Positions 12,316-22,250 of a DNA stretch of 64,000 nt are shown one piece after another. Position 1 is the stretch's first letter, and every line of letters begins with the position of its first letter. Below the pieces are notes generated by a model. It was not told the origin of the DNA. It was given only the letters and a program-made list of their open reading frames with translations, and did not search any database. The stretch comes from Amphiscolops sp. MND2022 (lineage: Eukaryota). A program made the position numbers and the translations under genes. Where the stretch lies: NCBI GenBank assembly GCA_964187785.1, contig OZ076418.1, forward strand, positions 54,808,001 to 54,872,000, read 5' to 3'.

Positions 12316-13575
12316 ATGGCTGAACCAGCAGCAGCTAACAACACTAGAGCAGCCAGAGATGCAGCCCATCGCCGAAACATGTCTGCCCTCATTAAGGAGA
12401 GTCCTCAGAACACTCCAGTGAGACAGTATGCTCAGCTCATGGTGGAAGGGATAAATGCTGCCCCTCAACAGGAAAGAGATGCTCTCTACGAAGCAATCTT
12501 TAAAAATATCACTGAGTATCCCATTGTGAACGATCCCAGCATAAGGTCAGCTCACTACAAAAAGCTCCTTGTAGTGATTAGCAAGTTCATTGCAAAACAC
12601 GGCCTTTATGATATGTTTTTGGCTCCTGTTCCCTCCACGATCAATCTAGCAGATATCCCCAATGATCAGATGACAAATCTGGCGGCGATAGTGACTGGCA
12701 TATCAGATAAAAAGAGACTGAATGCAAATAACAGAAATGGGGAAGGTGTGGGACCTGAATATTTCAGTGATTTCATTGAGATTTATCAAGAAGATCCCAT
12801 AATGGCATCTCAACTCTTTCCCAGATGTGAGCGCAGGATAAAGAATGGAGTCGGTAGGGGTATCATTTCTGCTGAGGAAGGAAGAGCTATGGCAGAAGCA
12901 TGTGGAGTGCTCGCCAATTATGAGGCTCTGGCTGCAACACCGGGAGCAGAGAACAACAATGCTGTCAATGAATGTGTCTACCCTTTCATTGCAGCATATA
13001 TGCTAGACAAACTCTCACAGGAAAAAGTCAAAAAGTACCTCAAGGCATTTCAGGTGAAGCCTGGGAAATCGGTGACCAACTTACTGATCAGAGAGCTTAG
13101 AGACACAGGCTGGCCTCTTTGTCCTGTTGGAGGGCTCTACGGGCATCCCTTTAACCTGACCGGGCTCAAGGCAGATGTATGCCTTAATATATTTGGGCCT
13201 ACCAGTGGTAAGGCATCTGTGTTATGCCTGCTCAAGGTGAAGGACATCATAAGAGCTATAAACGCACAGTACATTTACGAGCTAAACTCAGGCACCTGGA
13301 ACCTTGCGACAACAGACAGGGATGCAGGCTCCACCGCTATGTGGCTGGTAACGCAGCTGCAAATGAACTTCACTTGTATGTACTTTATGAAGAACTTCAC
13401 TGGGGCAGACAACAAGACTGTTGTCTTCAATATGGACCCAGACGCCGCGGCAGATGCTCCTGTGACTCCTTACCAGAACAGGACTGCTTCCAATGCAGCA
13501 GATGGCTGCAACACTGTCAGACAAGTGATGGGTGCCTTAAGGAAGGAAGGAACCTTTGGACACCTGAATTGGTGA
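12316..13575 (+). CDS. Intact 419-aa intronless ORF, putative endogenous RNA-virus nucleocapsid/capsid gene
   Basis: The frame is uninterrupted. The DNA is visibly more GC-rich and CpG-poorer than the AT-rich Polinton flanks. The product looks helical with an Ala/Arg-rich N-arm and has a size typical of viral N proteins. No diagnostic family motif was recognised. Confidence 0.45.
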   Translation: MAEPAAANNTRAARDAAHRRNMSALIKESPQNTPVRQYAQLMVEGINAAPQQERDALYEAIFKNITEYPIVNDPSIRSAHYKKLLVVISKFIAKHGLYDMFLAPVPSTINLADIPNDQMTNLAAIVTGISDKKRLNANNRNGEGVGPEYFSDFIEIYQEDPIMASQLFPRCERRIKNGVGRGIISAEEGRAMAEACGVLANYEALAATPGAENNNAVNECVYPFIAAYMLDKLSQEKVKKYLKAFQVKPGKSVTNLLIRELRDTGWPLCPVGGLYGHPFNLTGLKADVCLNIFGPTSGKASVLCLLKVKDIIRAINAQYIYELNSGTWNLATTDRDAGSTAMWLVTQLQMNFTCMYFMKNFTGADNKTVVFNMDPDAAADAPVTPYQNRTASNAADGCNTVRQVMGALRKEGTFGHLNW

Positions 13576-14164
13576 TCCTTTCTACACACCATATTTCAAC
13601 TCACCTAAGGACTACAACTTTTTCTACAACTAATTCCACGAAATTCTAATAATAAAGTCATGTAATTCATAACTTATATCATTAATTGTAACGTTTTATT
13701 GTGGCAGTTTCAGATGCTCAGGTTGTTCATGGCAAGGACCCCTTCCTATGATAAGTTGTCACGAACATATTCTAATTGTTGTGATAAACTTATTAAATAG
13801 GCTGTTTATTTCCCTTTTCACAAATTGAATTTGTTTCATATTAAATGCGCGCTGGGTGAGTAATAACATCAACAATTCGAAAGCCTCACCATCCCAGCCG
13901 TAGGTGAGCAGAAAGCGACACAGCTCTTGAGCTTTTACACAAACCCCAGGTGCGGCGAGGCACAGGAAGGAAAGCAACCAGTAACCCGAACAAAAGCATC
14001 ACCTCCAGGTTGTTTCTTTCCAAAAAAAAAGATCTTTTAAAAATCTCCGCTTGCTTTTATCGATATTTTACATTATTTTAAAAAAAAATGATTCTTGACC
14101 TGTCTTTTTAAATCAACGAGCATCCCATGATTGCGTACTTCACCCAGTTTTCCGTTTCAGCGAG

Positions 14165-14692
14165 ATGCCCCGGTTCAGCCCCAGACGTCTGAACAGGAAT
14201 ACCTCAAATCTTGTCATCGGCACTTCTAGAACGAAGTACATCAAAAGCAACGAAGTAGGCGCAGCAATTCATTCGTACAGAGGAGCAACATTGCCTGAAT
14301 TGAGCCATTTAGTTGAGTCGTACCCGTTCCAAAAGCTGAACAAGGTGGTGATTGTTGCAGGCTTCAACGATCACCGAGACAGTACTAGAGTTTTTAGCGA
14401 AAATTGGCGATACCTGATCCAGCTCGTGATCTGGAAATTTAACCCCTCAACCCTTATTATCCCTAAAACAATCAGCACCTCCAATAATAGAAATATTAAT
14501 AGTAAAATTTATCATTTAAATTATGCCCTTTTCAATTTAATTAACTCCCTGCGCCTGCCAATAATCTCCCCTAATTTTAACCTCGATTTTGACAGTAAGA
14601 TTTTTTCTCGTGACGGTGTCCATTTTTCAACCTTTGGTAATTTTATATTTACAAAGATTCTCCATTTCTACATGAATTCATTTATACCTTAA
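14165..14692 (+). CDS. SGNH esterase-like ORF1
   Basis: The four SGNH blocks appear in order: LVIGTS, SYRGA, VVIVAGFND, RDGVHF. Confidence 0.75.
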   Translation: MPRFSPRRLNRNTSNLVIGTSRTKYIKSNEVGAAIHSYRGATLPELSHLVESYPFQKLNKVVIVAGFNDHRDSTRVFSENWRYLIQLVIWKFNPSTLIIPKTISTSNNRNINSKIYHLNYALFNLINSLRLPIISPNFNLDFDSKIFSRDGVHFSTFGNFIFTKILHFYMNSFIP

Positions 14693-14737
14693 CAAATGTA
14701 TTCTGTGTGACATAACAATCGGCAGTCTTCCCTCATC

Positions 14738-14981
14738 ATGGCCGATCAGAAAGAATGTAGTCACTGCGATAAAAAACTCCACCAAAATGGAGTGTGGTGC
14801 GGCATATGCGGATACCTCCACGTCAAATGCAGCGGCCTGAAGAACAAGAAAGTGGAAGAAGGATTTCGTCTGCGTCAACTGCGAACCCCCACCGCTAGTC
14901 CCCCCACCACCGCAAATCCGTTCATCACCGCAAATCTCACCGCCACCGGACATTTCGCGAACACCTGGAAACTTTTGGAAC
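14738..14981 (+). pseudogene. PHD finger plus proline-rich linker, the frameshifted N-terminus of the RT ORF
   Basis: CSHC..WCGIC..YLHVKC is in one frame. After a shift near 14845 the RT frame reads KWKKDFVCVNCEPPP...NFWNMITAEH, completing the C4HC3 pattern and running into ATG 14982. Confidence 0.7.
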
Positions 14982-17738
14982 ATGATAACCGCCGAACATT
15001 GTCAAAAACTGAAACTAATATATAAAGAAATAGTTCACTGGCGACCAAAATTTTTCACCCTGAAAAAGAACAAAACAGGACACGCCTTTATAGATACTCT
15101 CCACACAACACTGTCAGCTCTCCTAGACAGATCCCAAGACGCCTTGTTGGTCGCTATGGTGATGCCCCATCTCGTACTCCCGCGAACGAAAAGCGAAAAT
15201 GATGGATCACAGAACCAAACGCTAACGCGACGGTTGGAAATGTGGCTGAACGGACAGTTCGACGATCTGTTTCATGAAGCCAAAGCCCTCCAACTACGTC
15301 TCAAGAGATATCAAACCAAACAAAGAGACGTTTTCAAAGAGTTCGATCACCACGTGACGACTGGAAAAATCTCGAATGCGCTTAGATGTCTAGAAGAAGA
15401 CCAGAAGGGTCATGTACTATCGCTAAGCGATAAAATTGATAACAAAACAGTTAACCAAATCTTGCTCGAAAAACATCCAGAGCCAGCAGATATGAAAGTA
15501 AATTACTTGGTCGAGAATCCCTTTGAACAAACTCTGCCCTTTCATCCTTCAATCTTTGACCAACTTAACGCCCGAACGATTCGAAACGCCGCCATGAAAA
15601 CCCAAGGTAGCCACGGACCGTCAGGTTTAGACGCAAATGAATGGCGACGTTTTTTGACACTTTTCGGGCAATCCTCAGTTAACCTCTGCAAATGCTTAGC
15701 GGATATAGCAAAGCTTATCGCCACAACCGAGCTACCTTCCGGAACCCTCGAAGCCTATAACGCTTGCCGTTTGATTCCATTAGACAAGAATCCCGGTGTC
15801 AGGCCAATTGGCGTAGGTGAAGTACTTCGACGAATAATTGGAAGAAGTATTCTAAAATGCCTCTCAAACGACCTCAAACAGCTGGGAGGCAACCTGCAGC
15901 TCTGCCTAGGCCAAAAATGCGGAATAGAATTCGCCATTCATTCTCTAAGAGACGCCTTTGACAAACCTGAATCTGAAGGAATGCTCCTAATTGACGCCAC
16001 AAATGCATTCAACAGTTTGAACAGAAAAGTAGCACTCGAAAACATAAAGGTCGTATGTCCATCCCTTCTCATCCCTCTGAAAAATTCTTATGCATCTCCC
16101 TGCTCTCTTTTTGTCAACGGTAAAGTGATTCTTTCACAAGAAGGCACGACTCAAGGTGAGCCTCTTGCAATGGCAATGTATGGAATTGCCCTTTTGCCAC
16201 TTGTGAAGCTACTAGAGAACACCGATATAGTTCAGAAGTGGTACGCCGACGACGGAAACGCCGTAGGAAAACTGGAAGATCTACATCGACTCCACGAGGC
16301 TCTAGCTGAACACGGCCCAGCGTTTGGATACCACATTACCAAGTGCCACATTATAGCAAAAAAGAATCACATAGAAAACGCCAAGGAAATTTTCAAGAAT
16401 AAAGATGTTGATGTCTTGGAAGGCCATCGAGTACTCGGATCGGTCATCGGCAGCACATCCGCCTGTCACGATTTCAAAACAAAAATAGTGTCAGAGCACG
16501 CAAAGACCATCTCGAAACTATCACAGCACGCCAAAACAGCCCCTCAGAATGTATATCAAGCATATACAAAAGGCATGCAAACGAAATTTTCCTTTCTAAC
16601 TCGTACAACGCCCGACATGGAAGAGTATCTGCAAGAGCCCGAAAAACATATCAAAGAAAATCTAATTCCGTCACTGACAGGAAAAAACACTGTAACGACC
16701 ACTGATAGAATTTTGTTCTCTCTACCCGTGAGAAATGGAGGCCTCAACATAAGCCTTCCGGAAGACAACATAAATAACCTCAGATGGTCCAAATCCCTCG
16801 GTGACTGCCTGTCTAACGCTGATCCCATGACAGCTGAAAACTCGCAACATAGGATTAAGCGCGTTATAAGAGAAGAAAAGAAGAAGATGTTGACGGAAAA
16901 AATAGACAAAGTGAAACAGGGTGCCACGGAAGATCAGCTCTACGCCCTGCAACTGGCGTCGGAGAAAGGGGCATCCAGTTGGCTCAACGCCTTACCCCTG
17001 AAAAGATACGGCTTCACATTAACGAAGACGGAGTTTCGCGATGGTCTTGCAATTCGTTATGGATGGGAACCGAAGAATATCCCAGCATCATGTCCATGTG
17101 GAGAAACTTTCAATCTAGCACACGCACTGCACTGTGCCAAAGGCGGATACACCCATATGAGACACAACGAAATCCGCGACACTTTCGCAAATCTCATGAA
17201 AGATGTTTGTTTCGATGTAGAACTTGAACCAAAGCTTCAGCCGTTAGAAGGTGAGTCCTTCGATAACAAAACAACGACCACTGAAGACGAGGCCAGGTTG
17301 GACATCAAAGCAAACGGTCTATGGGAAACGAGATTTAATCGTACGTTTTTCGACGTGAAAATTTTCAATCCTCATGCAAAATCCTGCCCCAGAAACATCA
17401 AAGAAGCCTATAAACTTCATGAAGCTCAAAAACGATTGAAATACGAGCAACGAATAGTCGAAGTTGAAAACAGCTCCTTTAACCCACTCGTATTTGCAAC
17501 CACAGGTGGAGCCGCCCCGACTGCCTCTAAGGTAATGAGCAGGCTTGCATTTAAACTTAGCGAAAAGAGTGAAGACACTTATGCAGAGGTAATGGGCTAC
17601 ATAAGAACGAAAGTAAGCTTTGCCCTACTGAAAAGCTCCGTTCTGTGCCTCCGTGGATGCCGTTCACTCAAACGACAACCTGAAATCATTGATTCTGCGA
17701 TCGGTGCAATAGTAGAAGAGGGAAGACTGTCCCAGTGA
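14982..17738 (+). CDS. Reverse transcriptase + CCHC knuckle + PD-(D/E)xK restriction-like endonuclease
   Basis: RT motifs are PGVRPIGVGE, LIDATNAFN, GTTQGEPL and WYADD. The C-terminus has CPCG...HALHC, RHNEIRD, RLDI...FFDVK and KRLKY. Confidence 0.93.
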   Translation: MITAEHCQKLKLIYKEIVHWRPKFFTLKKNKTGHAFIDTLHTTLSALLDRSQDALLVAMVMPHLVLPRTKSENDGSQNQTLTRRLEMWLNGQFDDLFHEAKALQLRLKRYQTKQRDVFKEFDHHVTTGKISNALRCLEEDQKGHVLSLSDKIDNKTVNQILLEKHPEPADMKVNYLVENPFEQTLPFHPSIFDQLNARTIRNAAMKTQGSHGPSGLDANEWRRFLTLFGQSSVNLCKCLADIAKLIATTELPSGTLEAYNACRLIPLDKNPGVRPIGVGEVLRRIIGRSILKCLSNDLKQLGGNLQLCLGQKCGIEFAIHSLRDAFDKPESEGMLLIDATNAFNSLNRKVALENIKVVCPSLLIPLKNSYASPCSLFVNGKVILSQEGTTQGEPLAMAMYGIALLPLVKLLENTDIVQKWYADDGNAVGKLEDLHRLHEALAEHGPAFGYHITKCHIIAKKNHIENAKEIFKNKDVDVLEGHRVLGSVIGSTSACHDFKTKIVSEHAKTISKLSQHAKTAPQNVYQAYTKGMQTKFSFLTRTTPDMEEYLQEPEKHIKENLIPSLTGKNTVTTTDRILFSLPVRNGGLNISLPEDNINNLRWSKSLGDCLSNADPMTAENSQHRIKRVIREEKKKMLTEKIDKVKQGATEDQLYALQLASEKGASSWLNALPLKRYGFTLTKTEFRDGLAIRYGWEPKNIPASCPCGETFNLAHALHCAKGGYTHMRHNEIRDTFANLMKDVCFDVELEPKLQPLEGESFDNKTTTTEDEARLDIKANGLWETRFNRTFFDVKIFNPHAKSCPRNIKEAYKLHEAQKRLKYEQRIVEVENSSFNPLVFATTGGAAPTASKVMSRLAFKLSEKSEDTYAEVMGYIRTKVSFALLKSSVLCLRGCRSLKRQPEIIDSAIGAIVEEGRLSQ

Positions 17739-18503
17739 CACCAGCACATGGTATCCCCGACGTGCATTTATTTGCTAGATTCCACTCTACAACGATCAAT
17801 GTTTAACATTGTGATAATATGCAGTATTTTATAAATTCTCCTCCACTTACCAAGGTTTACAATATTTATTTCTATGGGACCGTTAGTGACACTGCAAGGA
17901 GGCTCTGCAGCTTGCAGCGTAAATGACACCCTCTCCGACCCTTTCCCGACTCGCCCTCCTCTTAAAAACGGGCTCCTTTATTAGTTTGCAACGTGAAAAA
18001 TGGGTTTCAATACGCACGGTCCCTTTTTTTATTTTCATAATTTTGAATGGGTTTTCATTCACCTTGTAATTGTTAAAATTTTCTTTAGTGAATTTAAATT
18101 TTGCATGTGTGTTATCTTCGTTTAACAAGGCAGAAATTTTGTCAGATATATCACCATCCATTGAAAAAATATTTTGACTAACTTCATCTTCGGATGGACC
18201 TTCTATTGATTCTAATGTTTCATCTTGGGTTGTTGGAGCTGTGATTGCTTTTAATGTTTCAAAAGCTTGCTTTTGATCATCTTGTCCTTGTTTGATAACT
18301 TCAGTTTGTTTTTCTTGTAGTTTTGTTATAGGCGCGTATTGTTCAGCTAAATCATAATTCTGTGTGGTTTTTAATATTTTGTTGTTTAACCGTAGTTTTT
18401 TAATATCCTTTTTCTGGTTAATAATTTTTTGAGCTTTTCGAGGTCTTCAATATTGGTTGGTGTGTGATAGGTCATTTATAAATCAAAAATTTGATTTTTC
18501 CAA

Positions 18504-19250
18504 TCAACGAAAGGGGTTAGTAGAAGGAAGGTATAGGGTATTTAAATTCCTACGATATTTGCCATCGTTTTTCTTTTTGGTTAAATCAATAGTTATAAAG
18601 TTATAATCATCATTCCATACTTCATGACAAAATTGTTTGAATTCTTTTATTACCATATCTGTGGAAGCTAGTTGTCTATGAATACATTCTACATTGGCGA
18701 AATTATTTGTTATAAAGTGATGAATAATTGTTGAGTTTTCTCTAATAGTGTCCTTAGGAAGCTCATAAAATCCATGTGATATAACAAAAATAGAAAGATT
18801 ATGACGACCCCTCTTGAATAACATTTGAAAACGAGGGTCTTGTAATTGTTGTTTGTTTAAGTCATCAAGAATTATTACAGTATGTATGTCTGATTCATAT
18901 TCTTGAGGATCTTTCAATTCATCTATGTTGTCATAACTTTCACATTCTATATGCGATGATTCAAAGTCTTCATCGTTGATAATTTCTTCTATTATTGTGT
19001 CTAGTTCATCAAGAGGAATTTGTTCTTTTAAAATATTTTGAATAACATTCAGAGGTAAGAAACTATTGAAGCATTTGATTATAGTTTTATAAGTCGGTTG
19101 ATGAATAGTTGGAGAAAATATTAAAATTTTGTCAAAATCGTTGATTATCTTGAATAATATTTTGAAGAGAAGTGTTGATTTACCGCTTGCTGATTTACCT
19201 GAGATTATACAACGCACAGGTTTTTCAGGGTAAAGATATTTTTCAATCAT
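18504..19250 (-). CDS. A32/FtsK-like DNA-packaging ATPase (Polinton type)
   Basis: Walker A is SGKSASGKS and Walker B is VIILDD, followed by the KRGRH and VISH motifs. Confidence 0.85.
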   Translation of the reverse strand: MIEKYLYPEKPVRCIISGKSASGKSTLLFKILFKIINDFDKILIFSPTIHQPTYKTIIKCFNSFLPLNVIQNILKEQIPLDELDTIIEEIINDEDFESSHIECESYDNIDELKDPQEYESDIHTVIILDDLNKQQLQDPRFQMLFKRGRHNLSIFVISHGFYELPKDTIRENSTIIHHFITNNFANVECIHRQLASTDMVIKEFKQFCHEVWNDDYNFITIDLTKKKNDGKYRRNLNTLYLPSTNPFR

Positions 19251-19625
19251 TTATATTTTGAAAATCATTTCAAATAAATGTTTCCTAATAAATGAATTAT
19301 TGATTATTCGTTAACATTTCGACATATTTCATAAATTCCAAAACAAATTTCATATTCGTACTCTACACAATAATACCTTTCGAACGATATACAACACTTC
19401 ATTAAAATCAATAATTTCAAAAAATTTTCCATGCTTTTCCCAGTTTTTGCATTTAATTTTTCCATGATTTTTTTTGAACTATGTTTGGGATTCAATAACA
19501 ATTACAATAGTTATTTGAAGTCAATCGAATGGATATTCATGGAAAAATTAGTAAAAACCTGAGAGCAAGTTGATACAATTTAACACAGCGAGGGCATCGT
19601 GCCAAGTTTTGATAAGAATGATTTT

Positions 19626-20225
19626 TCAGTCTCGCTGCTCAAAATAGTACGTGAAAGTATTAGAAATCCATAACTTTTGAACTTTTGTTATAAAGTGATG
19701 AATAATTGTTGAGTTTTCTCTAATAGTGTCCTTAGGAAGCTCATAAAATCCATGTGATATAACAAAAATAAGATTATGACGACCCCTCTTGAATAACATT
19801 TGAAAACGAGGGTCTTGTAATTGTTGTTTGTTTAAGTCATCAAGAATTATTACAGTATGTATGTCTGATTCATATTCTTGAGGATCTTTCAATTCATCTA
19901 TGTTGTCATAACTTTCACATTCTATATGCGATGATTCAAAGTCTTCATCGTTGATAATTTCTTCTATTATTGTGTCTAGTTCATCAAGAGGAATTTGTTC
20001 TTTTAAAATATTTTGAATAACATTCAGAGGTAAGAAACTATTGAAGCATTTGATTATAGTTTTATAAGTCGGTTGATGAATAGTTGGAGAAAATATTAAA
20101 ATTTTGTCAAAATCGTTGATTATCTTGAATAATATTTTGAAGAGAAGTGTTGATTTACCGCTTGCTGATTTACCTGAGATTATACAACGCACAGGTTTTT
20201 CAGGGTAAAGATATTTTTCAATCAT
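19626..20225 (-). pseudogene. Truncated duplicate of the packaging ATPase
   Basis: The first ~180 aa are nearly identical to 18504..19250, then an unrelated tail follows. It results from a ~0.98-kb tandem duplication (about 18707-19684 / 19685-20655). Confidence 0.85.
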
Positions 20226-21008
20226 TTATATTTTGAAAATCATTTCAAATAAATGTTTCCTAATAAATGAATTATTGATTATTCGTTAACATTTCGACAT
20301 ATTTCATAAATTCCAAAACAAATTTCATATTCGTACTCTACACAATAATACCTTTCGAACGATATACAACACTTCATTAAAATCAATAATTTCAAAAAAT
20401 TTTCCATGCTTTTCCCAGTTTTTGCATTTAATTTTTCCATGATTTTTTTTTGAACTATGTTTGGGATTCAATAACAATTACAATAGTTATTTGAAGTCAA
20501 TCGAATGGATATTCATGGAAAAATTAGTAAAAACCTGAGAGCAAGTTGATACAATTTAACACAGCGAGGGCATCGTGCCAAGTTTTGATAAGAATGATTT
20601 TTCAGTCTCGCTGCTCAAAATAGTACGTGAAAGTATTAGAAATCCATAACTTTTGAACTACTGAATGGATTTGATCCATCGACATTTCATTTTACTCGTA
20701 TTGAGAAGAGAATTACAATAGTGAAAACCCGGTGTTAAAATTCCCAGTAGATGAGGAGATAATTTTGTGAGTAAAAATTGAGTATGAGTTATTGATAAGT
20801 GGTGTAGTTAAAATCATTCAAGTGGTTAAGTTTTTCGTCAACTACTATAAAAGTCATCCAGTCTTTCTAGTCAAAATAGTCGAACAGCATTCCATTTTTC
20901 TTCACCACATTCCGATGAGCTTCAGTTTAGAAAAATTACAGATATAAAAGAATGTGAAGAAAATTGGAATGTTCAGTTTTATTCTTGTGTAATAAGTTGT
21001 TTATTAAC

Positions 21009-21376
21009 CATGTCTTCTATAACTCAAGCAGCAGCAACTTTGCATAAAACGCGAGCTACACTATTGAAAAAGAGAAAAACATTACATCAGAAAAAGCAAC
21101 GCATAGAAGAAAGAGAAGATATTCATACAAGAGTTGGAATTCATGAAGGAGATGCGGGAGAAAATGAAGCAGAAATTCAGTGGTGAAACATTGGAGCAAC
21201 TACTATCTCGTCAGTTGACAGATATTGCGAGGAAACAAAAACAATTGGAGAAGATAAAACATGATTATAAACTGTTAATCATTGATATAAATAGTAATAA
21301 TGAAGAACAAAAACATATAGAGGATGAAATGAGTGTGATTGATAATTTCGAAGTTGAATTTATGGATATACCTTGA
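21009..21376 (+). pseudogene. Small coiled-coil ORF, frameshifted
   Basis: The ATG 21009 frame (MSSITQAAATLHKTRATLLKK) shifts into ORF 21134..21376 (EFMKEMREKMKQ...). Confidence 0.35.
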
Positions 21377-21452
21377 GAGAGTTTTCAAAATGTATGTGAA
21401 GGTATGTGAAGCAAGTAGTAAGTGAGAGCGACGAGTGAAGCGTTAGGGGATT

Positions 21453-21610
21453 GCGGATATGAGACCAGTTCAGAAAAAAGAATAAATAATAAAAAAACAC
21501 GAATGAATGAAATGAATGCGCGAAGCGAATGAATGAAGTGAATGAGAGTGAGTGAAACGAACGTTGTTTTTCATTATTTATTCTTTTTTCTGAACTGGTC
21601 TCATATCCGC
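21453..21610. repeat. Perfect 38-bp inverted repeat just inside the right Polinton end
   Basis: GCGGATATGAGACCAGTTCAGAAAAAAGAATAAATAAT (21453-21490) and its exact reverse complement (21573-21610) flank a GAAT/GAGT-rich loop. Confidence 0.92.
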
Positions 21611-22250
21611 ATACCCCTTTACTACTTAGATGGATGTGTTTCTCTTGTTAGGCTCACAAAAAACAAAAAAGGGGGGCCTAGACAACTCCAATTAAGAAAA
21701 CTTCAAAATATGTTGAAAAGGATAATGGGTTGACAAAAGACCAATGCATGACAACTCTTGAGTAGCAGCAAAACTTTTGAGTTGCTGCATGGCATGCAGA
21801 GTATCTTTGCCAAACTACGAAAAATAATGAGAAAATACAAAAACCATTCTGCCTAAAATAAAAAATTAAATGACATTAGATTAGATTAGAACTTAGAAAA
21901 AAGTGAAAAAGTAGGAGTCGGTCCAAATGCATCTGAATCATCTGTAGCCAATAGTTCGTAGGCTTCGCCTTATGTTGGCTAGGTTGGTTTTGAAGCGCTT
22001 GTTCCACTTCAAAAAATACAAAAAATTGAAGAATAAAACAAAAAATCTGAAAAACTCCAAAATCCAAAAATAGGAAAAGAGTCGGTGCAACTGCATCTTA
22101 TTCATCTGAAGCCAGTGGTTTGTAGGCTTCGCCTCGTGTTGGCTTGGATGGCTGTGATGCTCTTGTCCACTGGCAAAAAAAACGAAAAAATCTAAAATGA
22201 AAAATCGAACAAAAATGCAAATCCAAAAACTTTTTTTGGGGCCCAGATAG

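Larger units (their letters stand above)
13760..17875 (+). mobile_element. CRE-like (R2 superfamily, RT + restriction-like endonuclease) non-LTR retrotransposon; boundaries approximate
   Basis: Contains an SGNH ORF, a PHD finger and the 918-aa RT-RLE ORF, followed by about 140 bp of AT-rich 3' sequence. No clear poly(A) tail or TSD. Confidence 0.8.
10629..21626 (-). mobile_element. Non-autonomous Polinton/Maverick-derived element with nested insertions
   Basis: Termini are AGTAGTATAGGGGGTAT / ATACCCCTTTACTACT, flanked by a 6-bp TSD TAGATG (10623-10628, 21627-21632). Paralogous empty sites show a single TAGATG (33806-33811, 60588-60593). It contains penton-like and A32-like ATPase ORFs, but no pPolB, integrase or major capsid. 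Confidence 0.9.

Noticed and set aside
13224-13649. 141-aa overlapping ORF as a viral overprinted gene
   Set aside because: There is no independent evidence. Such frames are expected by chance inside a GC-richer coding region.
17876-18023. Stand-alone 148-bp MITE with GGGACCGT/ACGGTCCC ends
   Set aside because: The match is only 8 bp with no TSD. The right end pairs more extensively with 11787-11815.
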